Source: Octopus vulgaris (taxonomy: Eukaryota). From it: 64,000 nt of DNA. The stretch is from positions 8,060,001 through 8,124,000 of the forward strand of contig OX597822.1 in assembly GCA_951406725.2 (NCBI GenBank), read 5' to 3'. Under the pieces are notes generated by a model, which made no database searches, was not told the DNA's origin, and saw only the letters and a list, made by a program, of their open reading frames with translations. This document shows, piece by piece, positions 11,974 to 25,569 of the stretch (positions are counted from its first letter, which is position 1; every line of letters begins with the position of its first letter). A program made the translations under genes and the position numbers.

Positions 11974-14774
11974 ACATTTCTTAATGAATATAATGAAATG
12001 AAGCTTAGTGAAATGCGGTCCTTGCTTTCCGTATTGAGCGTAGCTGATAGTGACACGTAATTGGAGAGAAATTAAGGGCAATATGTAATTGCTGCTCATG
12101 TTTGTGGGCTTATATTTCTCTGCTGAATTTGATCGATACAGAGCGTTTAATTTTGCTTTTGTTAAAACCAAGACTGGTGTTGGCAAATATTATTGTAATT
12201 GGCACACACTATTCCGCTTGGAAACAACTGGAAACAATATAATCAAACGTGAGTGAAGATTTTACCAGAAAGACCATTATATAACGAAGAGGGTGAACAA
12301 CTGAAATGGTTGCAACCATAAGCATATGACTTAAAATTACAATAATACTACCAAAAATGAAAATAAAACAGGCACGACGACATTCTAGGTGCTCATAGTA
12401 TCAATGAACAAAGAAAAATATATACTAAAATTAATCTTATTTGAGATAGGGTAACAGCTAAATAAAAAATAGAGAGAGATAAGTTTTGAAACGATTTTGC
12501 CTAGAAGTGGATGAACCACGGCAAGGGAAATAAGATAATGTAAAATACAATAAACAAAAGGTTTTTGAAAATAAAGCCATAAAATATCTCTTATCTTCAT
12601 TGTATATACTAAGTTCACTGTCTAGTGTTGTCCCGCTTTTACTCTGCCGGCCGTTTGTTACTAAGTGACATGTCGGCTTTCTTTCATCTATTTGCCTGTA
12701 TCCTAATTTACAATTTTTGCTTTATCATTTTGAACCTGTCCCGTCGTCTACACTTACAGATTGGCAATTCTATACACACTGTATATGCGTTCATTTTAAT
12801 TCTCCCAGCGCCAATTAATATTCAGCCTACTTCAGCCCAGCTACTTTCCATTTATTGCCTACTACACACTTTCAAAAAACATTCGATACTACAAAATACT
12901 ATCTTGTTTTAGTTGCCCTCTCAAGCAAATCTCAAGGTTATCTCTACGCTACAGTACCGTATAATGTCTATTAAATTACTTAGGCTTATATGAAAGTTAC
13001 AAATTTCACAACAGCGTATATAGTTTTCCTATACCTATATTTGGTATTAAGTGACTATCACACACACACACACACACACATAGGAAAAGAGAGAGAGTGG
13101 GGAGAAATTCAAATTTTGCTTCAATAGTCAGGTAATATTTTATTGATCTTCGTGGTCAAAAGGCAATTCTTAGTCGGTGTTATCAGTTGATATGAAATCG
13201 TAATATTTATACATACAGTTGCTTTAATTATATACATATCAACACCAAAATTATGTCTACATGCAAAACATATTGTAAAATATATGCCAGGTTGTATTTA
13301 CATTTCTTTATCTACCCTCCATTTTTCTAATAAAAATGTGATTAAAAAATCATATAAAATATGTAGATAAAGTCTGTTTCATTGTGCGTATTTTTACATG
13401 TTACATAAATATATAGACTAGATTTTCAAGTATTGTTATTGTAATTTGTTTCAAATAAAACATTACATTTGAAATTCCAATAATATTACATATTTTGCAT
13501 ATTTTCATTCCAAGTAAAACAAAGCAAAACACATTAATGCAGGATATAATAGAATAATTGCTATCAGGTTTATTATTCATGCTTCAAACATTTGCATATG
13601 ATCACCCATTGTGTGCCACCATAACAATTGTGATAGCCAATGCAATCTTTACAATTTGTTACGTTAGAGAAGGAACATAAATGCGAATAAATATATCTGT
13701 ATTAATGGTTTGTGTGTTTGAAACTCTGTGATAAAACCTAATTTAAATATTCGTAACTAATAGACTTCATTTCGAATATTAATTTATGAATAGTGATGCA
13801 TTAGTGACATAAATATTTACATGCAGCGATACATTAAACGCAAACAGACTACATGTATTCACTTCTTACAGGCAGGCTTACAAGAAATAGAACATTCACA
13901 GGCATACACGCACACACATACGCATTCAAATACGCTTACAGACACACATATGTTTTGATGTTTCTCTGTTTCTGTGCGCATGTGAAAATATAAATGCATT
14001 TTAGATATGCATAACTGAATATATCTCTTTTCTCTCTCGTGGTGTGTATGTAATTGTGTGCACTTGCTTGTGTCTGAGTGTGGCCATGTTTCAGTGTGTG
14101 TTTACCTACACTCCTATTTTGGTTATGTACTAGTATATTATATGAAATAAAACTGGAATACATCTGGGAAGCATTTTGGTATGAGGCCATTTCAGTAGTA
14201 GAATATCTCATGCCATATGCCTACCAACAAACTCGCGTAGTTACGCGTTGTTCTGATGGGTAAATCCGGATTCGCTTCCTTGCATTATGAATTTTTTCGA
14301 GTGTGTAAATTCCACAGAGTTACAGAGAATTCGGAGACTGGTGCATCGTAATAACAGTCAGTTATACAGCATACTTAGTTAAAATGACCAACGCTTCTTT
14401 CTACTTCACAAAATATGAGCAGTGATGTATACAAACGAGTATATTCTGCTAAGCAGATTCAATCAGGGTCTTTCTACAATTGTGGGTCCAAACGAACTGA
14501 GTTTATTTATTCGAGGCTGTATATATGTGTGGTGTAGCAGCCAAGAAATAAACTGGAACATCGGATGGGAACTAAAGGACGATTACCTAAAAATACCCTA
14601 TGAGAGGGAACCAGTCTTGGCATTTTACGGGCAGGAATTCGGTATCCGCCTGGATATTATATCCCTTCTCATACTGTATATATACACACACACACACACA
14701 CACATACACACACACGCACACACACACACACATACACACTCACGCACGCACACACATTTATATATATATATTTT

Positions 14775-14870
14775 CTCTTTTCTCTTATACTTGTTTCAGT
14801 CATGTGACTGTGGCCATGCTGGAGCACCGCCTTTAGTCGACTAAATCGACCCCATGACTTATTCTTTGAA
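14775..14870 (-). mobile_element. SINE family B 3' fragment
   Basis: CTTGTTTCAGTCATGTGACTGTGGCCATGCTGGAGCACCGCCTTTAGTCG is the reverse complement of the family B tail. Confidence 0.8.
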
Positions 14871-15412
14871 AGGGCGAGTACGTAACTAGACAGCTTCACT
14901 TCAAAACTATTAGAATATTTTTCGACTGTTATAAATTTACAAGACATTTTTGATCGTCGAATATTTAAAGTAGACGTTTAGAAGATAGAATTGTAATTCG
15001 TATTATCTCAGATCATGTTTATATTTTTGAAGGACTAAAGGTTGATTGCAGCAAGGAGTGAAAATGTGTCCAATGTTGAAAATGGAATCTATATATATGC
15101 TTTATAAGTATTGACTGAAAATTTAATCTCCTGATTAGTTAGTTACGTCAACGGTCGAAGATTTACACTCGTAATTTGAATTTCTGAAATTTTAACACGA
15201 GAAATTAATTTCTCTAGCATGATATCCAAGATGGAGTATTTTTAATAACTAATGCGCCCGCAGGCAAATTGGTGGTTGCTAGAAACAGGAGTAGAAGTAT
15301 GTACATGCTACGTATGTACGAAAATCCAGTGACAGGACGAGTAAATGCAGGCATATGCATGCACATACACACACACAAACACCTATACACACATGCACGC
15401 ATGCACATACGC

Positions 15413-15465
<53 letters not shown>

Positions 15466-18400
15466 GAAGGAAAGAAAATAGGTAAAGGAGAGACAATGAA
15501 AGAAAAAATACATAGAGTAGAGAAATAGACAAAGCGGTAGAAAGAGAAGAAAAGGTAGGTAAATAGAATATATATACGCACCCATATATGCAAATTATAC
15601 GATATTATCTGCGTATTCGAAGAGAAATATACATGGTTTCATTCACTGACACAGACTTAATATTTAACAATGCAAATTGGAGCAAATAATGTTTCCATTA
15701 GAAGGCATGGTTTCACTTGTACAGTTAATTATATGAATTATACAATGAAAAATGTTTTGCTCTATCCAGGAATTAAGTTTTCTTCTGCAATATGAATTGC
15801 AAATAACGGGAGATTATGTTGATGCACAGTACGATTTTTCCTAATATTCCATGTTGCTCAATTAGGATTTCTATGCCGCATTGAAATATTTTAAGTATAA
15901 TTTAACAACGCTCATCCTATTTTTGAAATGCATATGACATCCCTGATAATTACAGCAGTAATATATCTCTATTTAATCATTTTCAATACTTCTAATGTGC
16001 ACATATTTATAAGCAAGAGGCGATTGTGAGAATTATTCCCAATTATATATAAATACTTACGTTTTATATAATATCTTGGAATGCTTTATACTGTGGTTTT
16101 CTGTTGAGTTTTAATCGTATATTTCGAGATATATTTCATCATATTTGCACTGAAATGAGTCAATGATTGAATATCTACAAATGCTAACCGAATATGCTTT
16201 AGATGATTACATAGAGCTATACTAAAAATATTGTGACTCATTACGTAACGTCCGCCTTGATACTATTTAACTAGATAGTAATACAAGATTCGATATTCAG
16301 TGCAGAGTACTGCTTTTCGAACTGATTCGGGGTTAACCAACAAAGAGCACTATAACAAACCTGATTTGAAGTTAAGAATGAGTGTGATAGTAATCTATAT
16401 TTCAAAGATAATATTAACTAATGAAACAGACAATACTGTACGTGAAATATTTCCTTCATTACATCTGAAGTGTTCATGGTATTCGAAGGCGTTGAAAGAA
16501 AAGTTTGGAAGTATTTACAGTATTTACATAGTCTCGGAATTCCCTTTTCTCACCGCAACACAGTTCTTGAAACACTTTACATATGCAGGAAATAATATAT
16601 TTCATTGTGATTTAAATTATTTTATTATTAAAGTCTCCCAGTAATTTTCCGTACAATATCTAATGACCATTGATGGAGCTAAAACATTTTGTTTTCATAC
16701 TTGATTTTATGTTAACAATCTACGAAGCTCGGCAATGCACCAAGCAACATGATATACGCGGCAGCAGTGGTAATATTCACATAATATGTAGCCAGCATCA
16801 TAAATTATATTAAAGTTATTTGAAGATCTTGATCATCGTGAATCGATAACTTGCGGAAAGCCAAAACGTTTTATTCTTCTGTTCGTCTGCAATCATTACA
16901 CCAGTCTAAGTCCTCTGAACCAGTTATATATATTATCACTCAAGCCACAGATGCTAATTCTTCTTTTAGTTCTGTTTGTACACATGCTTTCTTTCATATC
17001 CAGGATAATCGCACAAAATACGGAACTTGTAGAAGTCTGCTGCACGTATTGCTGTTATTCTGTTGGCAACAAGAGCTATAGATTATTAACATTATTAAAT
17101 GCAACAATGCAAAAGGGATTCCAAAGTTCGTAAGCAATGTTTCCTCCTTTATTCTATTTACAGAATTGAAACAATACAATTAAGTTTTCAGAGACTCATT
17201 TTATGGAGATGAAAAAATGATGTTGAACTCCAAAAGAGAATTCAGACATAGGTTTACGTAGTTAAATCTTGAATATAGTGAATGCAGACTTATTTGGCGT
17301 CTTGCAGGCTTAAATTGTTTTAACATCTTGAGTGTTAGGATTATTTGCGTTATGTTCGTCTTATAAACGAAATTTTTTTTCATATTCTTGTGAACATAAT
17401 AACTTCTAATACAATGACATTGATTCACGGTTGAAGTGTTCACTTGCATCAAGATAAGCATTAGGTTTATTCTTTGAGAAGATTGAATGAAAATTCCAAC
17501 CGAATTGGACATAATCCTACTCCACGTGTAAAGACGATCGAGATGCTATAGATTACGCAAGACAAGGAGAAAAGCAATTACATATTTACTTCCGTCCTTT
17601 GTAGCTGAAGGAAATTTGAAGTTTAGAAATCAATACTGAACTCACTTAGTGACTCAAACTGCCAGAAAATTACACTACTTTTTTTCTTTTGCACTCAATA
17701 CTTCTTAAATATTCAATAAATTGCTTTTTCTTGCATGCAGTTTGGTATTATGATATATTTGTGAAATATTATAAACATTTGTAGGGAAATTAATGCAAAG
17801 TACTCGGATATAAAGTGTGATAAAATCCAAACTACGTGAACAATAAATTTTGAAACTAATTCAAAAAGTATAGAAAGGAATGCTTATGAATGTCATATAT
17901 ATTCAATAGCGAGATTGTATATATCTAGACGTCTTTGGTAAGTAGAATCACAGAAACGTTTATTTTGCCATTTCTTCCAAGATACAAGTTTAATAAATGA
18001 AATATTAAATAACCGATAATGCTAAAGTTAACTTAGGTTCAACACGTCACCAGGCAAAATGATTTTGGAGTTTCACGAAAGATAACTTAATCATTACAAT
18101 GTTACTTTTATTATAAGGTATGTGTGCAAATAATGCATCTATCTACAAATCAGTTTTGAATAAGCTCTGAATGTTATTAAATCTGTGCATAAAACTTATG
18201 GTTATAACGGGAAAACATATCGTAAAATTCAAATAATATTTCCATTCATCTACAAATAATCAACATACTTGGTTGGTGATTTATACTAACATTCGATGTG
18301 TTTACGCACTTCTTCCATCGACACAGCATGAGAAACAAACTGGTTATCCAAAATATTTTGATTCACTGTAACAAGTTTAATGCCGAAAAATAGACATTCA

Positions 18401-18639
18401 TAAAGACATAGAAAATATTCTCACACTGCACAATTTCCTCTTTCTATCTCACATACGTATCTTTGCACAAGTCTATAAACGCAAAAAAGAATTACATTGG
18501 CGCGCGCATGAACACACACTGAAACACACATACACACAAAGACACACACTGAAACACACATACACGCAAAGACACACAGACACACCCACAAGCATATGCA
18601 TACACAGATACACAGACACAACATACCCAGTCTTCCCAT

Positions 18640-18962
18640 AAGTAATGTTCGAACTTCTATATTTATAAATTTTGATAACAAGCTCCTTTTTGGAGAACTT
18701 GAAAAAGATTATGCAGTTTCAGTTGAAGAATTGGAAAGCAACCTTCGTTTAAATCATACACTATCACCTTCAACAGCATGAAAAGGTCCCCAAACTCGGA
18801 AATTTGATGTCCCATGATTTGCCTGAATCCAACAACAAATCCCGAGTGAACATCTGCTGTTCTCTTCGTTCTCGTGAGCTCATCTCGCCCTTTCAGGACA
18901 GACTGCTTACTGGTGATGAAAATGGGTCTTTTATCAAAAGTTTAAGCGTCGTAAACATTGAC
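18640..18962 (+). pseudogene. mariner transposase remnant (middle region)
   Basis: Frameshifted translation: FDNKLLFGELEKDYAVSVEELESNL...KVPKLGNLMSHDL (WVPHEL-like)...RVNICCSLRSRELISPFQDRLLTGDE.W.FY. Confidence 0.8.
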
Positions 18963-19121
18963 TTAATACTATTGCAGTATTAACTCTCAAACTTGAAACA
19001 ATTACATCTCTCTTGTAATGATAGATAATACATCCAATTAAAATACTTTCACGATTCAAAATGAATTTATTAAAAGTGAAACTTTTATTGCACTTACATA
19101 TATACACACATACACACACAA

Positions 19122-19215
<94 letters not shown>

Positions 19216-19217
<2 letters not shown>

Positions 19218-20493
19218 CATTTTGAGAGCCTTGGGAGAGGGTTCGAACACTGATGTCATCTACCTTGATTTCAGCAAGGCCTTTGACAGGGTTGATCATT
19301 AAATCCCTTTGAGAAAGTTGTCCAATATTGGTGTCACTGGAAAGCTGCTGCAGTGGATCAAGTGCTTCCTGCCTAACAGAGCCCAGCATGTTGTAGTCGA
19401 AGGAGTCAAATCCAGCCCAGCCAAAGTCAGTAGTGGTGTCCCACAACGCACTGCGTTGGGCCCACTTCTCTTCATCATCTACATTAATGACATCACTGAC
19501 ATCATCAAACACAGTAACATCAGAATCTTCGCTGATGATTCCAAGCTCCAGAAGGTCATCAATGGCATGGGTGACCGGATAAGCCTTCAGTCAGACCTAC
19601 TGGGTGTTGTCCAATGGGCGGAAAAGAACAACATGTTGCTAAACGAAGACAAATTCGAAATGATCCACTTTGGAAGGGAGGATGCTCTGAAACTCCCATA
19701 CTCTCTTCCTTCTGGTGAAATTCTCATGGCGTCTAGCAACATCAGATACTTGGGAGTAACTGTGGACAACAACATAAGCTGGGCTACACATATGAGCAGC
19801 AAAGTTGACATGGCCCGTAGAGTGCATTCCTGGATTCTCAGAACCACCCAGTCGAGAGATTCCCACACCATTATCATTCTCTTCTCCACTTTTGCCCGAT
19901 CCCACCTTGAATACTGCTGTCCACTGTGGTCTCCCTACACGAAACAAAATATTATGAGAATTGAAGCTCCCCAAATGTCAATCACAAAAAAGATAGATGG
20001 CATATTAGACCTCGACTACTGGAGTAGACTAGAAAAGCTGAAACTGTATTCACTAGAACGACGCCGTGAACGCTACATTATCTGTATGATGTGGAAAATA
20101 TTCCATCAGCACTGTCCGAATGATGTTGGCATTATCTTTAAAATACATCCAAGGCTTGGACCACGTGCCATCCGTCCACAACAAAAATCTAAATCGCATC
20201 ACATAACAACAATACGGCACAATTATTTCACCTCAATTGGACCCGCTCTCTTCAACATTACACCAGGACACGTCAAAACAGAAACTGACCACACAAAATT
20301 CAAGAAGTCTTTGGACAAATTCCTTCAAACAGTCCCGGACAAACCACCCACACCCGGATATGTCTCCGCAAACAATAACTCTCTGCTCGAGTGACCTTGG
20401 TGCCCAAATCCTGAATTGAAAAACTTCGCCAGGTTCTAACTATTAAGTTAGACATGGCATGGGCCGATACTGGCCAAAACCTTTCTAAGTTAT
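19216..20493 (+). mobile_element. 5'-truncated CR1-group LINE (RT domain to 3' end) between (TA)n tracts
   Basis: DVIYLDFSKAFDRVDH* is in frame with ORF 19309-20394, which has GVPQR(G)TALGPLLF.IYIND, IFADDSKL, YLGV, HLEYCCPLWSP and LYSLERRRER. It ends in a short 3' UTR with a TCTAAGTTAT tandem tail. Confidence 0.92.
19309..20394 (+). pseudogene. Reverse transcriptase, C-terminal part of a LINE ORF2 (361 aa open)
   Basis: RT motifs as above. A stop codon lies just upstream and there is no endonuclease domain. Confidence 0.9.
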
Positions 20494-20701
20494 TCTAAGT
20501 TATATTGTGTACATATATACATATTGTATGTATTTTGATAGGTATATATGTATAGATGTATATACACATATATATGTATATATGTATATATGTGTATATA
20601 CATATGTATGTATATATGTATATATATAAGAATATATATATGTATATATATACATATATATATAAGAATATATGTATGTACACACATATATGTATATATG
20701 C

Positions 20702-20787
<86 letters not shown>

Positions 20788-20791
<4 letters not shown>

Positions 20792-21175
20792 TACATTTAA
20801 ACACGTAAGAGATATCAATCATAGGATTCCTTGCACGCTAGAGAGGACAGTTAAATTCAAAACCACTATTAATGATAAAACTTCGAAGGGAATGAGAAAT
20901 ATATACATTTGCCATCTAACACCTGGAGCAATGTTTGAGACATTTTAGCAAATAGAATAATTTGCTAAAGTGTACCTGCTGAAGAAGACTTCAAGCAAAT
21001 TAAATTATTTGCTAAAACAAGTCTCAAACCATTGGTCCAGTATTTAGATGGTAAATGTTTTTATGTTTCATTTCCTTCGAAATTGTATCCCTAAAAGTGG
21101 TTTGGAATTTAACTGTCCTTTCTAGCGTGCAAGACATCCTATAATGGATATCTCTTATGTATTTAAATGTACACT
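20788..21175. mobile_element. Fold-back element with ~180-bp diverged inverted arms and a hammerhead-like fold at the apex
   Basis: AGTGTACATTTAAACACGTAAGAGATATC...TTGCACGCTAGAGAGGACAGTTAAATTC is reverse-complemented as GAATTTAACTGTCCTTTCTAGCGTGCAAG...GATATCTCTTATGTATTTAAATGTACACT. Confidence 0.85.
20973..21043 (+). ncRNA. Hammerhead-like fold lacking G12 (probably inactive)
   Basis: UACCUG CUGAAGA AGACUU..AGCAAAU-loop-AUUUGCU..AAGUCU CAAA CCAUUGG UC|CAG. The left arm supplies CAGGUG, which would complete a 6-bp stem I. Both arms read CAAA where GAAA is expected. Confidence 0.55.
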
Positions 21176-21320
21176 GTATTTATGTGAATAATATATTGTC
21201 CATTGACTAAAATGTTTTTACACGCAATGCTACTGGCAATGGAAATTTCAAATATTACTGATTACTCTTTGATATTATTAAATATATGTATGTGTGTCTG
21301 TATATATCAAGTGACGATCT

Positions 21321-21422
<102 letters not shown>

Positions 21423-21485
21423 AAGATATTGCGGAGATGTACGTGCATAGCAAGTGACGTGATCTCAGATCGTGTGCTGGAACGA

Positions 21486-21775
21486 AAACAATTGTAGCGT
21501 GGAAGGTGTTTATAAGCCATATAAGAAACACACAAAAACCGTTAGATTCACTTCAACATTTAAATTTATTTTGTAAAAATATTTTCGTCGCTTTGAGACC
21601 GCGATCTGTTGACTGACAAAATTCAGTGAGATGCAGCACGGAATTTTGTCAGTGAACAGGTCGCGGTCTCGAAATGACGAAAATATTTTGACAAAATAAA
21701 TTTAAATGTTGAAGTGAATCTAAAGGTTTTTGTGTGTTTTTTAAATGGTTTATAAACACCGTCCACGCTACAATT

Positions 21776-21779
<4 letters not shown>
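21486..21779. mobile_element. Fold-back element with ~140-bp inverted arms between (TA)n tracts
   Basis: AAACAATTGTAGCGTGGAAGGTGTTTATAAGCCAT...CTGACAAAATTC is mirrored by GAATTTTGTCAG...ATGGTTTATAAACACCGTCCACGCTACAATTGTTT. A single arm of the same family lies at 54152-54270. Confidence 0.9.
21643..21697 (+). ncRNA. Type I hammerhead candidate with compensatory G3-C8 core
   Basis: AUUUUGUCA GUGAACA G GUCGC-loop-AUGAC GAAA AUAU UU|UGACAAAAU. Stem I is a perfect 9 bp and helix III is the palindrome AAUAUU. The opposite arm has GCGAC, which perfects stem II. Confidence 0.65.
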
Positions 21780-21851
<72 letters not shown>

Positions 21852-21873
21852 GAATGGAGTCGAACGATGATTT

Positions 21874-21988
21874 AACAAAATTCCTTTATTCTCGACATAT
21901 GTTTCGAAGACTGCATATTCCTAATTCCGAAGGAATAAAGGTCGCATTATGCCGCCTTCTCATCAGGAAAGAAAAGGAATTTATGTCA
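21874..21988 (-). ncRNA. Type I hammerhead ribozyme, canonical core with GUC cleavage site
   Basis: Minus strand reads AUUCCUUUUCUUUC CUGAUGA GAAGGCGGCAUA...UAUGCAGUCUUC GAAA CAUAUG UC|GAGAAUAAAGGAAU. Stem I is long with an internal loop, stem II is ~12 bp, and helix III is the palindrome ACAUAUGU. Predicted cut is between 21894 and 21893. Confidence 0.9.
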
Positions 21989-22199
21989 GCATCATGACGA
22001 ACAAAAACTTTTAGATGACTGCCCACACGGAGTCCATAGTGATAATGAGTGTTTCTTTAAAATATTCCGTTATAAGCAGTGACATCAAAATTGGTTGAAT
22101 GGAGAAGATTCTAAAAAGTTCAAGAGTTCAAAAAAGGTTGGGAGGGGAGAGTTCCAAGAATAGGAAGGTGACGACTTGCACCCTGTCACCTTCAAGCAT

Positions 22200-23098
22200 C
22201 AGGTTCGTTTAGACTGGGAAATCTCACATGGTGTTACACATTTCTCACTCATCCCTTCTCTGTAGCTTGTGTTCGTGGTACATCTTGCATCTCTTAACCC
22301 CCATATTTCACAGTTACCAATGTTGCAATTTGATACCTTATCATGTCCCCACAAAATATATTGGTTTGAGGTTAACTTGAGTGCATTCATTCACAATATG
22401 GCAATGGTTTCGTGAAACCTGTTACAATTTCGGCACAATACGGACACTTGCTCATTCCTAAGATTGACCCTTCCAATTCATGGTGAGCTACCAGTATGGT
22501 ACTCTCAGTCACCTTTTCAAATGTTCCTTTCTTTAAGTACTCTCACCTAAGTTCTGCAGCAACTTCATTTGTGGTTGCATAGAATTAAAAATACAGTCAC
22601 TTGTTGAATAATGCTTCTTTATATGTCTAGCTCTTCTGGCTTGTTATTTTCGTTTTTCCTATTTGCAGTATTCCCTCATTTGTCACTACCACAACTCAAG
22701 TTTTCTTTGCTGAGCTAAAATATTTAGGTTAAATATTTGAGCTAGTTCCATCTTCAATACGCATACAGCCTTCCATACATACCAGTTCTATTCATACATT
22801 ACCTCCCTTCATGTATGTATGACTTATGTCTACACGTGGAAGATGCTCTCCTACCCAGTTCATTTAGCTCATCTTCACTTCACTACAGAGTTCCAATTCC
22901 ATATCAAGCAACGCAACTACGTGCAAGTTTACTGCCGAAATTGTTTCTGGGTCTTCTATCGCTTCGTACAATCTTTCTTTCCCTTTTGTTTCGTATCATC
23001 ATGTTTCATTCCATCTGCATAAAGCATTCCTAGGTATTCAGTTTCGTTTGCGTTCATCATTTCACCTATTCGTGTACAAATAGATTCTCTTCTGACAA
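22200..23098 (-). pseudogene. R4/Dong-clade non-LTR retrotransposon remnant (RT thumb to CCHC finger)
   Basis: Broken minus-strand frames give EYLGMLYADGMKH, ISAVN, EDELNELGR, YLKKGTFEKVTESTILVA, VSVLCRNCNRFHETIA(H)IVNEC and HDKV. These match the R4/Dong-type WL.KG.LK.ETE..I.AA and CR.C...ETI.HI..EC...RHD.V motifs. Confidence 0.7.
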
Positions 23099-23550
<452 letters not shown>

Positions 23551-23956
23551 TCCAGCGTATCTCCTCCTGCTACCGTTGTTACATGAATCTCGTACATTTG
23601 ACATTATGTTGCCCTTTAATTGCAATGCCATCATGAATCAGTGAGCCTACTAATTAGCAAGCATTAAATTACCATCGATAATCTAACACATCGATCATAC
23701 ATTAGCATACCACGTGAGATTAGAGCTTAAGCCACTCATATTGCTCTCTATGCGAGCATCATTAATTTTAAATTTGTTAATCACAGCAGACGTCCGTAAA
23801 TAGTACGCTTGTTGAAACACCCAAGCTAAAAGCCTCCTTATGAGATGATGTAATTTACTCACCACATGCAGAAAAGGAGAAATATTATAGAACCGAAATT
23901 CTGAATCCATTGAAATGCACAATAATTTAGACAGGCATCGAATAAATTTTACTGAA

Positions 23957-24347
23957 CGCAGGAATGGCTGTGTGGAAAAAATCTTGCTTCCCAACTACAC
24001 GGATTCGGGTTCAGTCCCACTGCATGTCACCTTGTGCTTTCTACTATAGCCTCGAGTCGACCAAAGCCTTGTGAGTGGATTTGGTGGACGAAAACTGTCG
24101 TAGATGTATATAGATGTGTACGCATCTGTGAGTTTGTCTCTGTGTCTGTGTTTTTCCCGCACCACTGCTTGACTACCGGTGCTGGTGTGTTTACGGCCCC
24201 ATAACTTTGCGATTCGGCAGAAGAAACCGATAGAGTAAGCACCAGGCTTTAAAAAAGTATGTACTAGATCCAATTCATTCGACTAAAAAAATACTCCAAG
24301 AAGGTGCTCCAGTATGGCCCCAGTTCAATGACTGAAACGAGTAAAAG
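23957..24347 (+). mobile_element. SINE family B (tRNA-derived head, CORE-like domain, LINE-like tail)
   Basis: GCAGGAATGGCTGTGTGG...GGTTCAGTCCCACTGC...GGTGCTCCAGTATGGCC..ATGACTGAAACGAGTAAAAG. Confidence 0.85.
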
Positions 24348-24361
24348 TTTTGTGGTATATT

Positions 24362-24978
24362 CTTTTCTACTCTAGGGCACAAGGCCCCATTCTTGGGGGG
24401 GGGGGGGGACCTAACGATTAGATCGACCCCAGTACACAACTGGTACTTAATTTATCGACCCCGATAGGATGAAAGGAAAAATCGACCTCGGTTGAATTTG
24501 AATTCAGAACGTAAAGGCAAACGAAATACCGCAAAGTATTTCGCCCGGCAGCTGACGTTTCTTATTTCTTTACTGCCCACTAGCGGCTACTCACAGAGGT
24601 AACAAACAAGGAGAGACAAACGGATTAAGTCGATTATATCGACCCCAGTGCGTAACTTGTACTTATGTAATCGACCCCGAAAGGATGAAAGGCAAAGTCG
24701 ACCCCGGAAGAATTTGAACTCTGAACGTAAATAAAGGCAGACGAAATACCTATCTATTTACTACCCAAAATGGGGCTAAACACAGAGAGGACAAGCAAGG
24801 GCAGACACACGGATTAAGTCGATTATATCGACCCCAATGCGTAACTGGTACTTATTTAATTGACCCCGAAAGGATGAAAGGCAAAGTCGACCCCGGCAGA
24901 ATTTGAACTCAGAACGTAAATAAAGACAGACGAAATACCTATTTCTTTACTATCTACAAGGGGCTAAACACAGAGAGG
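24362..24978 (-). mobile_element. SINE family A, tandem array of ~3.5 internal units of ~175 bp
   Basis: ATCGACCCC..AGGATGAAAGG.AAA.TCGACC..GAATTTGAACTC.GAACGTAA is repeated three times. Confidence 0.85.
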
Positions 24979-25149
24979 AACACCTTACATGAAAATACCA
25001 ATGGATTAAGAACAAACACTACTCGGCCAAGAAATCATTTGAACAACATCAGCAACAACAACAATTACTACAACCATTCCGCCCCTTCTAGCAACACTGG
25101 TGACAATATTCCTCACATCGACCAACAGAAATAAACAGATTAAATACGT

Positions 25150-25298
25150 TTTTCTTTACTACCCACAAGGGGCTAAACACAGAGAGGACAAACAAGGACA
25201 GACAAATGGATTAAGTCGATTATATCGACCCCAGTGCGTAACTGGTACTTATTTAATCGACCCCGAAAGGATGAAAGGCAAAGCCGACTTCGGCGGAA
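25150..25298 (-). mobile_element. SINE family A fragment
   Basis: Matches the family A unit. Confidence 0.8.
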
Positions 25299-25569
25299 TG
25301 TCGACAGATTAAATACTACTGCTAACTGGACCAGCAACAATCACTACCACCATCCCGACACTTCCACTAATACCAACAACAATATACACCACACTGACCA
25401 ACAAAAATGTAAAAACAAATACTTCAATCACCACCAACAGACATAGCAACGACTGACCACCCACCGAAATCTATGCGCCCTACTACCACCACACACAGAG
25501 CCCCACCACCACCTAATATATCCACACCTACGACGGCTACTGCTGCTGCTGCTAACGATACCCTGGTTA

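Noticed and set aside
24362-24978. CRISPR-like repeat array
   Set aside because: The units are ~175-bp SINE duplications without unique spacers, in a eukaryotic context with no cas genes.
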